Assembly: GCF_044704955.1 (NCBI RefSeq)
Contig: NC_091992.1
Coordinates: 123,132,001-123,196,000 of the forward strand
DNA length: 64,000 nt
Direction: 5' to 3'
From: Pristiophorus japonicus
Lineage: Eukaryota
Part shown: positions 38,386-50,100 of the stretch, piece after piece
Layout: each line of letters opens with the position of its first letter
Numbering within the stretch: the stretch's first letter is position 1
The notes under the pieces: model-generated
What the model was told of the DNA's origin: nothing
The model's database searches: none
What the model saw: only the letters and a program-made list of their open reading frames with translations
Program-made: the position numbers and the translations under genes

Positions 38386-39119
38386 CTGAAAAAGTAAACA
38401 AAAGTCCATTCTTTACCATTTTTTGTATTTCAAATTTTTCTTCATCCTGTTAAAGGTGGGGGGGGGCACGAGGTGTGGTTATGTCCAACAAATTTATAAT
38501 CACAATACAGTTGTCCCAAGGGGTCCAAGCACAAAAGCAGAGAGTCAATAGAAATGACAAACGCTATCTTAAATCAAACACAGCAAGTAGAAGAGATACA
38601 ACCACATCGCAGTTCTTGTATTTAAAAAAACACAGCAGAATTGAGAACCAGACTTCAACTCAACTAGTTTAATATACAATATGGAAATTATAACTCATTA
38701 AAGTACTATTGGAAATAAATTTCTGCATCCAGAGTCTACGCGCATTAATTCCAAGTAACTTCAAAGTCAAAATTCAAATTAATGGACAATTCACTTTTTT
38801 TGGTGCAAAAAATAACTAAATTAACAGTAGATATTATGAGAGAAAGAAAGAAGTCAGGGAGGATTATTTTATTCAAAGAGCTCTCCCATTTAGAAAATGA
38901 AAATTAGGCACCAGTGGTATTCAGATATAAAACAGGACTACTCTGACATACCCCCTAGTAGCTGACAAAGCAGCAGGTGGAGGCCCAGGAGTAGATATCT
39001 GCAGCTTATACAAGTCCTGGAGAGAAAACCTCAAATAAAACAAAGCTGCCTCTGGTAAACAGTGTCCCTTTTTATATGCATTCTACTGTATCACTGATAA
39101 AGACAAATGAGCAACCAAC

Positions 39120-39237
39120 CATGATATTCTTTACTCTTTCCTTGTCTAGCTTGAGAAACTCTTCTGCTGTTACATGTTCAAACTTTTTTTTCAGTGCTAT
39201 GAAAGCACACTTCGAGGAATGGCTTTGATGTTCAACT
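39120..39237 (-). CDS. BIRC5: Survivin coding exon 3 (118 nt)
   Basis: ttccag acceptor and GT donor; [39 protein letters not shown] with Zn ligands H77 and C84. Confidence 0.97.
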
Positions 39238-39928
39238 CTGGAAGAGAATGTGAAAGTTACTAAGTTCATGATGCTCAACATCTTACTTGTGAAGCCAGAA
39301 ACAGTTTAAGCTAGCACAAGATTTTAGTACAGCTACTTTGTGTCATTTCAAATATTTGAACTTGTTAAAGCCACCTTCCCAGCCAATGTTTAACTATCGA
39401 TTCTATCACTATGAAAGATATGAGCATATGTTTCTCTTGACCAAGAAAACAGGAAGATCTGCTACTTGTGTCAGGTCATTTGCTTGGATTGGCACTAAAT
39501 CAGATTGCTGGTACAAATTCCATGTGTAAAACCATTTTACAGTAAGACAAAAGCATTTAAGCCCTCATTGCTATAAAGCCGCTGGGTAAACACCAAGCAT
39601 AAATTGCATTACAATGTTCAAAGCAACAACAAAAATTCACATGAATAGATTTTACAGCCATTTTGCTACAGTTTGAGTATAAAGATAGTCAAACCAGTAC
39701 AGGTGTGCACTGAAGTACAAATTAACCAAGCAGCATCAGTACAGTCAAGTACTTGTCCAGAGTTCTTCACTGGCTGCAGATTTACTTTAAAAACAGTTCC
39801 TTCACAGGATCTTGTACCCCACCCCCCCCCCATCTCACCAATTCTTGCTGAAACCTCAAGACATGATTGACATCCAAGAGAACGACAAAGACCTTGCTAG
39901 GGGAAATGACCATGCTAGAATTCAAGTA

Positions 39929-40193
39929 CAGGTTGAACCACCCTTATCCAGCACCACTCCCAGCTGCTCCAACACGAACAAATTGAAGTGCTTCCTTGCT
40001 GCCGACTCCCGCAATCGCTGGGCTGACCCCGCAATCTCACTGCCGCACTCCCAGTCCCAAGCCAGCCAGCCCCGATATCTCCTTGCTCAGCACTTGTACC
40101 ATCCAATTTAACGTGACCTCCCCTCGTCTGGCAAAATCCCTTATCCAGCACAGGCCAGATTCGGAGAGTGACAGATAAGAGAGGTTCAACATG
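39929..40193. mobile_element. Tc1/mariner-pogo MITE in BIRC5 intron 2
   Basis: TIRs caggttgaaccacccttatc / gataagagaggttcaacatg with TA flanks; related to 31746-32100. Confidence 0.8.
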
Positions 40194-40212
40194 TACATAA
40201 TTTAGTACTTAC

Positions 40213-40322
40213 AAAGGCTCATCTTGAGGTTCCCATCCTTCCAACTCTTTGCAGCAAAAGAAGCACTGAGCAACATCAGGACCATTCTCACTTGGGGTGT
40301 GAATAAAGCCTGCTGCAGCCAT
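40213..40322 (-). CDS. BIRC5: Survivin coding exon 2 (110 nt)
   Basis: tttcag acceptor and gtaagt donor; [36 protein letters not shown] (BIR core, C57 and C60). Not in the supplied ORF track. Confidence 0.98.
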
Positions 40323-40496
40323 CTGAAAGCAACACAACCACTTTTAGGTTTAAAAAAGATTTTCTCTATCCTTAATTTAAGTTAATTTGATTTGATGACC
40401 AAAAAGAAAGTTCATGGAATCAATGACCACATTGGAGATGTGGTCTGACTAGCGATTCCTTATATCTTCAGTGTGTGCAAAAGAGGTATTAGAAAT

Positions 40497-40735
40497 GTTA
40501 GCGTGGCTCAGTCAGAGGGTTAAAGCCTCACACTAGGCTTGAACATAATCTAGGCAGACACTTCAGTGCTGCACTGAGGGACTGCTGTCTTGTCAGAGCT
40601 TTTTCAGATGAGTTATTAAGCAGAGGTCTTGTTGGTCAGTGTAGGTAGAACTAAAAAAGATCCCATGGCACTGTTTGAACAGCAGAGTCTCCCAGTGTTT
40701 TCACCAACATACAACCCACAGACAACATCATAACT
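40497..40735 (+). mobile_element. Deu-domain tRNA-derived SINE (SacSINE1-like), decayed; a 3' part may be at 41760-41880
   Basis: cagtgc..cactgaggga.tgctg, tttcagatgag and aaaagatcccatggcact match my recollection of the Deu domain. Confidence 0.65.
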
Positions 40736-41489
40736 AGTAATTTTGCAGCGGCCCTCCCCTTTAACTGGAGAGAGACGTTGTGACCCATTTCGGGCGGAGG
40801 GCAATTTCTATCCCGATATAGGGTCTGCTTTCCATCAACTCAGCACCACTGATTAAGTCAAGTTCTGTTTTTATTATAAAAGAGATTGTGATTTTTTGGG
40901 GGGATGTTTTTGTACAATTCCATCTGATATTAAATGTGATAACTGAAACCCATGCCCCCCCCTGATCAACTTGCACTTCAGTGGGCGTCCTGGCCTATTC
41001 AGTCAGTCGCTCAGTTGGTACCACGCTCACTGCTGTGTCAGAAGATTGCGGGTTCAATGTGACTTCTCTATTCTTCCTATCTCACGTTTATCTGCGTTTA
41101 ATTTCATTTGGCAATTATATGCCCATTATGCAAGTTTATTAATGTCCTCCTGTAATTTGTTGCAGTCCTCCGCATTGACTATACCCACCACCCCCAATTT
41201 GGTATCATCCGCAAATTTAGAAATTGTTTTTGATTCCAAGGTCTAAATCATTAATATAAATTGTGAACACCAATGATTGTCTTTTTATTGTAGTAATGTC
41301 AACTTTTAACCTTTGTAAACAAAGATTCTAAGATTTGTAATACCTTAAAATAACTCATTAATGCTAAAATTGTGCAGCGACACACAGCAGGTGACCAATG
41401 AACTGTTGAACTGAGAATTAACCCCAACAGCACCACAATGTTAATACGCTTCGCCTCAGCACAGGATCTATGGATGGTAGGAGCATGCG

Positions 41490-41755
41490 TGCGCACTAGG
41501 TCCATGCAGCAGAGTTTGGTCTCCAGTCGTCTTGGTTAACTCTGGCCACTGGATCAAAACCTAGCTCTGTCAAGGCCGTGTGGTGGCTGGGGTGCAACGG
41601 CCACCCCACGTTAAAATAATCCACACACAGGCACCTTCCACCCTTCAATATGTAGTTCAGGACCTGGAATGTTAGGTCCTTCATTGAAACGCCTGTGAAC
41701 TCATCCCTTTTTTGGTTTGGAGGCAGGTTATCCTCCATAGGAGGAACTGCCTACC
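41490..41755 (+). mobile_element. Non-autonomous RTE derivative in BIRC5 intron 1
   Basis: Same body as 17520-17787. Confidence 0.8.
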
Positions 41756-42608
41756 TAATACTAATAATTTATCTCATTTGCTGCTGTGCAGAATTTGGGA
41801 GTAACTACATTTCAAAACAATTCATTGGCTGTAGAGTGCTTGGATACATCCCAAAATATACAAATGTAAGCCTTTTTCCCTCTTCAGGGATATAAACAGT
41901 ATTTAAGTCCAACAGACGTTAGTAATAAAGCCAAGAACAGCTGAGCAGATTGCCCGAAAGAAAGCACCTCCAGTATTGATGGAATGCTGCACAGCTGACA
42001 CAAAAAGGCAGCATAACACTTCACTACCAATAGTTATAGCAGTTAATCTTTTCATTAGTTTTTTTTTAAATAGTTCTTTGCTAAATTACAATGTCCTTGC
42101 ATGCTATTTCTCTTATCGTAAACAGAAACTATCCCTCCAAAAAGTTCACAATAGACTCATCAATTTGAAAAGTACTTTGAAGACACTGACTTGGGGCTGT
42201 TACAGGTACGACCATTTGGAAATGAAATATTTTGGAACAACTTATACCAAACCTCCATTCTTCCTATCCCATCCCACCATCACTTCTCCCTCTCTATCTA
42301 TCTCCTTCCCTTCTACATCCCACCCCTATTTCCCAACCCCTCTATCCTACCCCAAGAAGGAGTAAACACGTTCTGCACAGGAAACTGCTGGGGGGTGATC
42401 CTGGCAGTTCATACAGAGGCGGTATTAGAAAGTATTACTAAAGAAGCAGGTTGGTGAGCAGTGCCCACCATTTGGCCGGCAGAAAGTATACCGCACAACC
42501 GCGGCGCGCCTTTAACAAGCCCAGTGATTGTAGAAAGGCGGCCGCGGCACCGTCCCGGCGGGGACACGGGCAGAGCACAGCCGGCCCGCCCGCCGAGCGA
42601 GCACTCAC

Positions 42609-42719
42609 ATTCTCCGGGGTGCACATACAGTCGTTGACGAAAGGCCAGTTGATGAACGTGTTCAGGCGCTCCTGGAAGTAATAGTATTTGCGGTCCTGCT
42701 GCTTCAGGAAAACCTCCAT
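42609..42719 (-). CDS. BIRC5: Survivin coding exon 1 (111 nt)
   Basis: Strong Kozak ggcgcaATGg; MEVFLKQQDRKYYYFQERLNTFINWPFVNDCMCTPEN; gtgagt donor. Spliced exons give a continuous 143-aa ORF. Confidence 0.97.
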
Positions 42720-42960
42720 TGCGCCGGCTGTCGCGGGGGGGTGGCGCTGGCTCCCCAGCATTCGGCGCGCGCGCGCATTCAACCGCCAACAGATTCAAAC
42801 AACCGACCATCATCCGCGCGCTCGCCTTGCCCTGCGCTTATTGGCGGACGGCACCGTTGCGTCACAGAGACAGTCACGTGGTGAGACAAAGGCCGGGCTC
42901 GAAGATCACCAGGTGAGGACCCGCGCAACGGCAGGAGGCCATTCAGCCCATCGAATCAGC
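42720..42960 (-). promoter_or_regulatory. BIRC5 CpG-island promoter with cell-cycle motifs
   Basis: CHR TTTGAA (42794-42799), adjacent TTGGCGG (42783-42789), CCAAT (42840-42844), TGACGCA (42858-42864), E-box GTCACGTG (42873-42880). CpG-rich from ~42450 to 42960. Confidence 0.75.
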
Positions 42961-43021
42961 GTCAGCTCTTTCCCAGAACAATCCAGTTAGTTGCACAACT
43001 CGCTGCTCTTTCCCCATGTTT

Positions 43022-43392
43022 TTAAAAAAAATCATTCACGGGATGTGGGCAAGACCAACATTTATTGCCCATCCCCAGTTGCCCTGGTGAGGGTGGTGAT
43101 CCAGCTGCTGCCTTGAATACATACTTGCTGGGCCATTTTAGAGGGCAGTTAGAAGTCAACCACTTTGCTGTGGGTCTGGAGCCACATCTCGGCCAGATCG
43201 GGGGTGGGGTGCAGGCAGCAGATTTCCTTAACCAAAGGGCATTAGTGAACCAGTTGGGATTTTACAACAGTTTGATGTTTTCAGATTTATTTCATTTAAT
43301 TTTCACTAAAAGTTTATTTGAACTTGCATCTCTGGATCATTAGTGCAGGCCTCTGGATTACTGAGGCCAGTAATTTATATTACTGTGTTACC
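43022..43392 (-). mobile_element. tRNA-derived SINE with family-X LINE 3' tail, inserted in a CR1 3' fragment (42930-43020 and 43395-43570)
   Basis: catttattgcccatccc..ttgccct is shared with 11261-11290. Central ggttcactaatgccctt...aaggaaatctgc domain and a decayed tRNA-like head. Confidence 0.65.
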
Positions 43393-43594
43393 TTACCAAC
43401 TGTATTTATCCAATTCCCTTTTGAAGGCTACTATTGAATCTATCTACTATCCTATCAGGCAGTGCATTCCAAATCCTAACCATTCGCTGCGTCAAAATGA
43501 TTTTCCTCATTTCATCTCTTGTTTTGCCAATCTTAAATCTGTGCCCTCTGGTTACTGACCCTTCAGGAAGGTTATTTGGTTCAAGAAAATAAAT

Positions 43595-43880
43595 AACTTG
43601 CATTTATATAGCGCCTTTCACGTCCCAAAATACTTCATAAGTGTGGCTGGCCACTGTTATTTTGTCAGTTAAATCAGTTTACACACAGCGAACTCCCACA
43701 AACTGAAATGAGATCAGTGACCAGTTAACTTTGTTTTTGGTGGTGTTGCTTAAAGGGGAAATGTTGTCCAGGTCATCATGAGAGTTCTCTGCTCTTTGAA
43801 TATTGCCATGGGACATTTTACATGCAGCTGGATAAAGCTTTGGTGTAACGTCTTATCTTCCAATATGACATCTCCAACAA
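43595..43880 (-). mobile_element. Deu-domain SINE fragment
   Basis: Minus strand gtaaaatgtcccatggcaatattc...gaaaggcgctatataaatgcaag (L2-type tail). Confidence 0.65.
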
Positions 43881-44155
43881 TTAGGGTTGTCACCTTATTC
43901 CTGTAGGTTTTATAATATAAACTACCGCCTCCAACCACCCCACCCCCTGTTCCCCCCCCACCTCCCCACCGGTCAAACTGCCCTTTTTACCCATCTCCCA
44001 ATATTTTTTCAACTAATGAACAAACATATTCACCCTGGTTGCTTGCAGCAGTGAGATTAATCTTTCTGACCATGTGACGGCTGATCTTGTGACATCTGCT
44101 CATGCAGCATCTGCTGTTCCAGGAGTCGTCAGTCCCTTGAAACATTTGCAGATGT

Positions 44156-47100
44156 AAGAACATAAGAACATAAGAATTAGGAACAGGAGTAGGCCATCTA
44201 GCCCCTCGAGCCTGCTCCGCCATTCAAAAAGATCAAGGCTGATCTGGCCGTGGACTCAGCTCCACTTACCCGCCCGCTCCCCATAACCCTTAATTCCCTT
44301 ATTGGTTAAAAATCTATCTCTCTGTGATTTGAATACATTCAATGAGCTAGCCTCAACTGCTTCCTTGGGCAGAGAATTCCACAGATTCACAACCCTCTGG
44401 GAGAAGAAATTCCTTCTCAACTCGGTTTTAAATTGGCTCCCCCATATTTTGAGGCTGTACCCCCTAGTTCTAGTCTCCCCGACCAGTGGAAACAACCTCT
44501 CTGCCTCTATCTTGTCTATCCCTTTCATTATTTTAAATGTTTCGATAAGATTACCCCTCATCCTTCTGAACTCCAATGAGTAAAGACCCAGTCTACTCAA
44601 TCTATCATCATAAGGTAATCCCCTCAACTCCAGAATCAGCCTAGTGAATCGTCTCTGTACCCCCTCCAAGGCAAGTATATCCTTCCTTAAGTAAGGTGAC
44701 CAAAACTGCACACAATACTCCAGGTGCGGCCTCACCAATACCCGTACTGTTGCAGTAGGACCTCCCTGCTTTTGTACTCCATCCCTCTCGCAATGAAGGC
44801 CAACATTCCATTCGCCTTCCTGATTACCTGCTGCACCTACAAACTAACTTTTTGGGATTCATGCACAAGGACCCCCAGGTCCCTCTGTACCGCAGCATGT
44901 TGTAATTTCTCCCATTCAAATAATATTCCCTTTTACTGTTTTTTTTTCCAAGGTGGATGACCTCACATTTTCCGAATTTGTATTCCATCTGCCAAACCTT
45001 AGCCCATTCGCTTAACCTATCTAAATCTCTTTGCAGCCTCTCTGTGTCTTCTACATAACCCGCTTTCCCACTAATCTTTGTGTCATCTGCAAATTTTGTT
45101 ACACTACACTCTGTCGCTCTTCCAGGTCATCTATGTATATTGTAAACAGTTGTGGTCCCAGCACCGATCCCTGTGGCACACCACTAACCACCGATTTCCA
45201 ACCCGAAAAGGACCCATTTATCCCGACTCTCTGCTTTCTGTTAGTCAGCCAATTCTCGATCCATGCGAATACATTTCCTCTGACTCCACGTACCTTTATC
45301 TTCTGTAGTAACCTTTTGTGTGGCACCTTATCGAATGTCTTTTGGAAATCTAAATACACCACATCCATCGGTACACCTCAATCCACCATGCTCATTATAT
45401 CCTCAAAGAATTCCAAGGAATACCTCCCCAGAGTCCAGAGAATTTTGGTAGATTATAACCAATGCATCTGCTATAACTTCCGCCATCTCTTTTAATACCC
45501 TGGGATGCATTTCATCAGGACCAGGGGACTTGTCTACCTTGAGTCCCATTAGCCTGTCCAGCACTACCTCCCTAGTGATAGTGATTGTCTCAAGGTCCTC
45601 CCTTCCCACATTCCTGTGACCAGCAATTTTTGGCATCTACTGTGAAGACAAAAGCAAAATAATTGTTTAAGGTCTCAGCCATTTCCACATTTCCCATTAT
45701 TAAATCCCCCTTCTCATCTTCTAAGGGACCAACATTTACTTTAGTCACTCTTTTCCATTTTATATATCGGTAAAAGCTTTTACTATCTGTTTTTATGTTT
45801 TGCGCAAGTTTACTTTCGTAATCTATCTTTCCTTTCCTTATTGCTTTCTTAGTCATTCTTTGCTGTCGTTTAAAATTTTCCCAATCTTCTAGTTTCCCAC
45901 TAACCTTGGCCACCTTATATGCATTGGTTTTTAATTTGATACTCTCCTTTATTTCCTTGGTTATAAGAACATAAGAATTAGGAACAGGAATAGGCCATCT
46001 AACCCCTCGAGCCTGCTCCGCCATTCAATAAGATCATGGCTGATCTGGTCGTGGACTCAGCTCCACTTACCCACCCTCTCCCCGTAACCCTTAATTCCCT
46101 TATTGCTTAAAAATCAATCTATCTTTGACTTGAAAACTTTCAATGAGCCAGCCTCAATTGCTTCCTTGGGCAGAGAATTCCACAGATTCACAACCCTCTG
46201 GGAGAAGAAATTCTTTCTCAACTCGGTTTTAAATTGGCTCCTCCGTATTTTGAGGCTGTGCCCCCTAGTTCTAGTCTCCCCCACCAGTGGAAACAACCTC
46301 TCTGCCTCTATCTTGTCTATCCCTTTCATGATTTTAAATGTTTCCATAAGATCACCCCTCATCCTTCTGAACTCCAAGGAATAAAGACCAGTCTACTCAA
46401 TCTATCATCATAAGGTAACCCCCTCATTTCTCGAATCAGCCTAGTGAATCGTCTCTGTACCCCTTCCAAAGCTAGTATATCCTTCCTTAAGTAAGGTGAC
46501 CAAAACTGCATGCAGTACTCCAGGTGCGGCCTTACCAATACCTTATACAGTTGCAGCAGGACCTCCCTGCTTTTGTACTCCATCCCTTTCGCAATGAAGG
46601 CCAACATTCCATTTGCCTTCCTGATTACCTGCTGCACCTGCAAACTAACCTTTTTTTTGGGAATTCATGCACAAGGATGCTGTGTCATCCAGGGCGGGTG
46701 GCACGGTTTAATGTTTTTTGTTTTGCAGATAAACTCCAAAAAGAGTTTCATGCACAAGGACCCCCAGGTCTCTCTGCACCACAGCATGTTGTAATTTCTC
46801 CCCATTCAAATAATATTCCCTTTTACTGTTTTTTTTTCCCAAGGTGGATGACCTCACACTTTCCGACATTGTATTCCATCTGCCAAACCTTAGCCCATTC
46901 GCTTAAGCTATCCAAATCTCCTTGTAGCCTCTCTCAGTCCTCTACACAACCCGCTTTCCCACTAATCTTAGTGTCATCTGCAAATTTTGTTGCACTACAC
47001 TCTGTCCCCTCCTCTAGGTCATCTATGTATATTGTAAACAGTTGTGGTCCCAGCACTGATCCCTGTGGCACACCACTAACCACTGATTTCCAACCCGAAA

Positions 47101-50100
47101 AGGATCCATTTATCCCGACTCTCTGCTTTCTGTTCGCCAGCCAATTCTCTATCCATGCTAATACATTTCCTCTGACTCCGCGTACCTTTATCTTCTGCAG
47201 TAACCTTTTGTGTGGCACCTTATCGAATGCCTTTTGGAAATCTAAATACACCACATCCATCGGTACACCTCTAACCACCATGCTCGTTATATCCTCAAAG
47301 AATTCCAGTAAGTTAGTTAAACATGATTTCCCCTTCATGAATCCATGCTGCGTCTGCTTGATTGCACTATTCCTATCTAGATGTCCCGCTATTTCTTCCT
47401 TAATGATAGTTTCAAGCATTTTCCCCACTACAGATGTTAAACTAACCGGCCTATAGTTACCTGCCTTTTGCCTGCCCCCTTTTTTAAACAGAGGCGTTAC
47501 ATTAGCTGCTCTCCAATCCGCTGGTACCTCCCCAGAGTCCAGAGAATTTTGGTAGATTAGAACAAATGCATCTGCTATAACTTCCGCCATCTCTTTTAAT
47601 ACCCTGGGATGCATTTCATCAGGACCAGGGGACTTGTCTACCTTCAATCCCATTAGTCTGTCCAGCACTACCTCCCTAGTGATAGTGATCATCTCAAGGT
47701 CCTCCCTTCCCACATTCCTATGTCCAGAAATTTTTGGCATGGTTTTTGTGTCTTCCACTGTGAAGACGGAAGCAAAATAATTGTTTAAGGTCTCAGCCAT
47801 TTCCACATTTCCCATTATTAAATCCCCCTTTTCATCTTCTAAGGGACCAACATTTAATTTAGTCACTCTTTTCCGTTTTATATATCTGTAAAAGCTTTTA
47901 CTATCTGTTTTTATGTTTTGCGCAAGTTTACCTTCGTAATCTATCTTCCCTTTCTTTATTGCTTTTTTAGTCATTCTTTGCTGTTGCTTAAAATCTTCCC
48001 AATCCTCTAGTTTCCCACTAACCTTGGCCACCTTATACGCATTGGTCTTTGATTTGATACTTTCCTTTATTTCCTTGGTTATCCACGGCTGGTTATCTCT
48101 TCTCTTGCCGCCCTTCTTTTTCACTGGAATATATTTTTGTTGTGCATTATGAAAGAGCTCCTTAAAAGTCCTCCACTGTTCCTCAATTGTGCCACCGTTT
48201 AGTCTGTGTTCCCAGTCGACTTTAGCTAACTCTGCCCTCATCCCACTGTTGTCCCCTTTGTTTAAGCTTAGTACGCTCGTTTGAGACACTACTTCCTCAC
48301 CCTCAATCTGTATTACAATTCAACCATACTGTGATCACTCATTCTGAGAGGATCTTTTACTAGGAGATCGTTTATTATTCCTGTCTCATTACACAGGACC
48401 AGATCTAAGATAGCTCGCTCCCTTGTAGGTTCTGTAACATACTGTTCTAAGAAACAATCCCGTATGCATTCTATGAATTCCTCCTCCAGGCTACCCCGTG
48501 CGATTTGATTTGACCAATCAATATGTATTTTAAAATCCCCCGTTCCTTTTTCACATGCCTCCATTATTCCCTTGATTATTGCCTGCCCCACCGTGAAGCT
48601 ATTATTTGGGGGCCTATAAACTACGCCGACCAGTGACTTTTTCCCCTTACTATCTCTAATCTCCACCCACAATGATTCAACATTTTGTTCATTAGAGCCA
48701 ATATCATCTCTCACAACTGCCCTGATATCATCCTTTATTAACAGAGCTACCACCTCCTTTCCCTTCTTGTCTATCCTTCCGAATTGTCAGATACCCCTGT
48801 ATGTCTAATTCCCAGTCTTGGCCACCCTGCAACCACGTTTCTGTAATGGCCACCAAATCATACCCATTTGTAATGATTTGTGCCGTCAACTCATTTACTT
48901 TATTTCGAATGCTGCGTGCGTTTAGGTAGAGTGTTTTAATACAGTTTTTAAACCATGATTTTTAGTTTTGGCCCCTCCTGCAGCCCCTTTATATTCATAC
49001 ATATTGTCCCTTCCTATCACATTGTGATTTACACTTACCCCAGTGCTACTCTGCTCTGTTGCCTCCTGCCATTTGCATTCTTTCTTGGGGTCCTGTTCAT
49101 CTGCGCTCTCACCCACTCTAACTAGCTCAGAGCCGTCTCCTGGGTTCCAAGTACTCCTCGCATTGAGGCACTGAGCTTTCAGGCTTGCCTTTTTATTACA
49201 CTTTGACCCTTTAGAATTTTGCTGTACATTGGCCCTTTTTGTTTTTTGCCTTGGGTTTCTCTGCCCTCCACTTTTACTCATCTCCTTTCTGCCTTTTGCT
49301 TCTGTCTCCATTTTGTTTCCCTCTGTCTCCCTGCATTGGTTCCCATCCCCATGCCATATTAGTTTAACTCCTTCCCAACAGCACTAGCAAACACTCCCCC
49401 TAGGACATTGGTTCCGGTCCTGCCCAGGTGCAGACCGTCCGGTTTGTACTGGTCCCACCTCCCCCAGAACCGGTTCCAATGCCCCAGGAATTTGAATCCC
49501 TCCCTGCTGCACCACTGCTCAAGCCACGTATTCATCTGCGCTATCCTGCGATTCCTACTCTGACTAGCACGTGGCACTGGTAGCAATCCCGAGATTACTA
49601 CTTTTGAGGTCCTACTTTTTAATTTAGCTCCTCGCTCCTTAAATTCATCACGTAGGACCTCATCCCTTTTTTTACCTATGTCGTTGGTACTATATGCACC
49701 ACGATAACTGGCTGTTCTCCCTCCCTTTTCAGAATGTCCTGCACCCCCTCCAAGACATCCTTGACCCTTGCACCAGGGAGGCAACATACCATCCTGGAGT
49801 CTCGGTTGCGGCCGCAGAAACGCCTATCTATTCCCCTTACAATTGAATCCCCTATCACTATCGCTCTCCCACTCTTTTTCCTGCCTTCCTGTGCAACAGA
49901 GCCAGCCACGGTGCCATGAACTTGGCTGCTGCTGCCCTCCCTGATGAGTCATCCCCCTCAACAGTACTCAAAGCAGTGTATCTGTTTGGCAGGCGGCTGA
50001 CCGCAGGGGACCCCTGCACTACCTTCCTTGCACTGCTCTTCCTGCTGGTCTTCCATTCCCTAGCTGGCTGTGGACCCTTCACCTGCGGTAAGACCAACTC

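Noticed and set aside
46524-47456. Long ORFs antisense to CR1 ORF2 (also 6687-7271, 62398-63093 and others)
   Set aside because: Shadow frames of the retroelement coding sequence, with endpoints that vary between copies.
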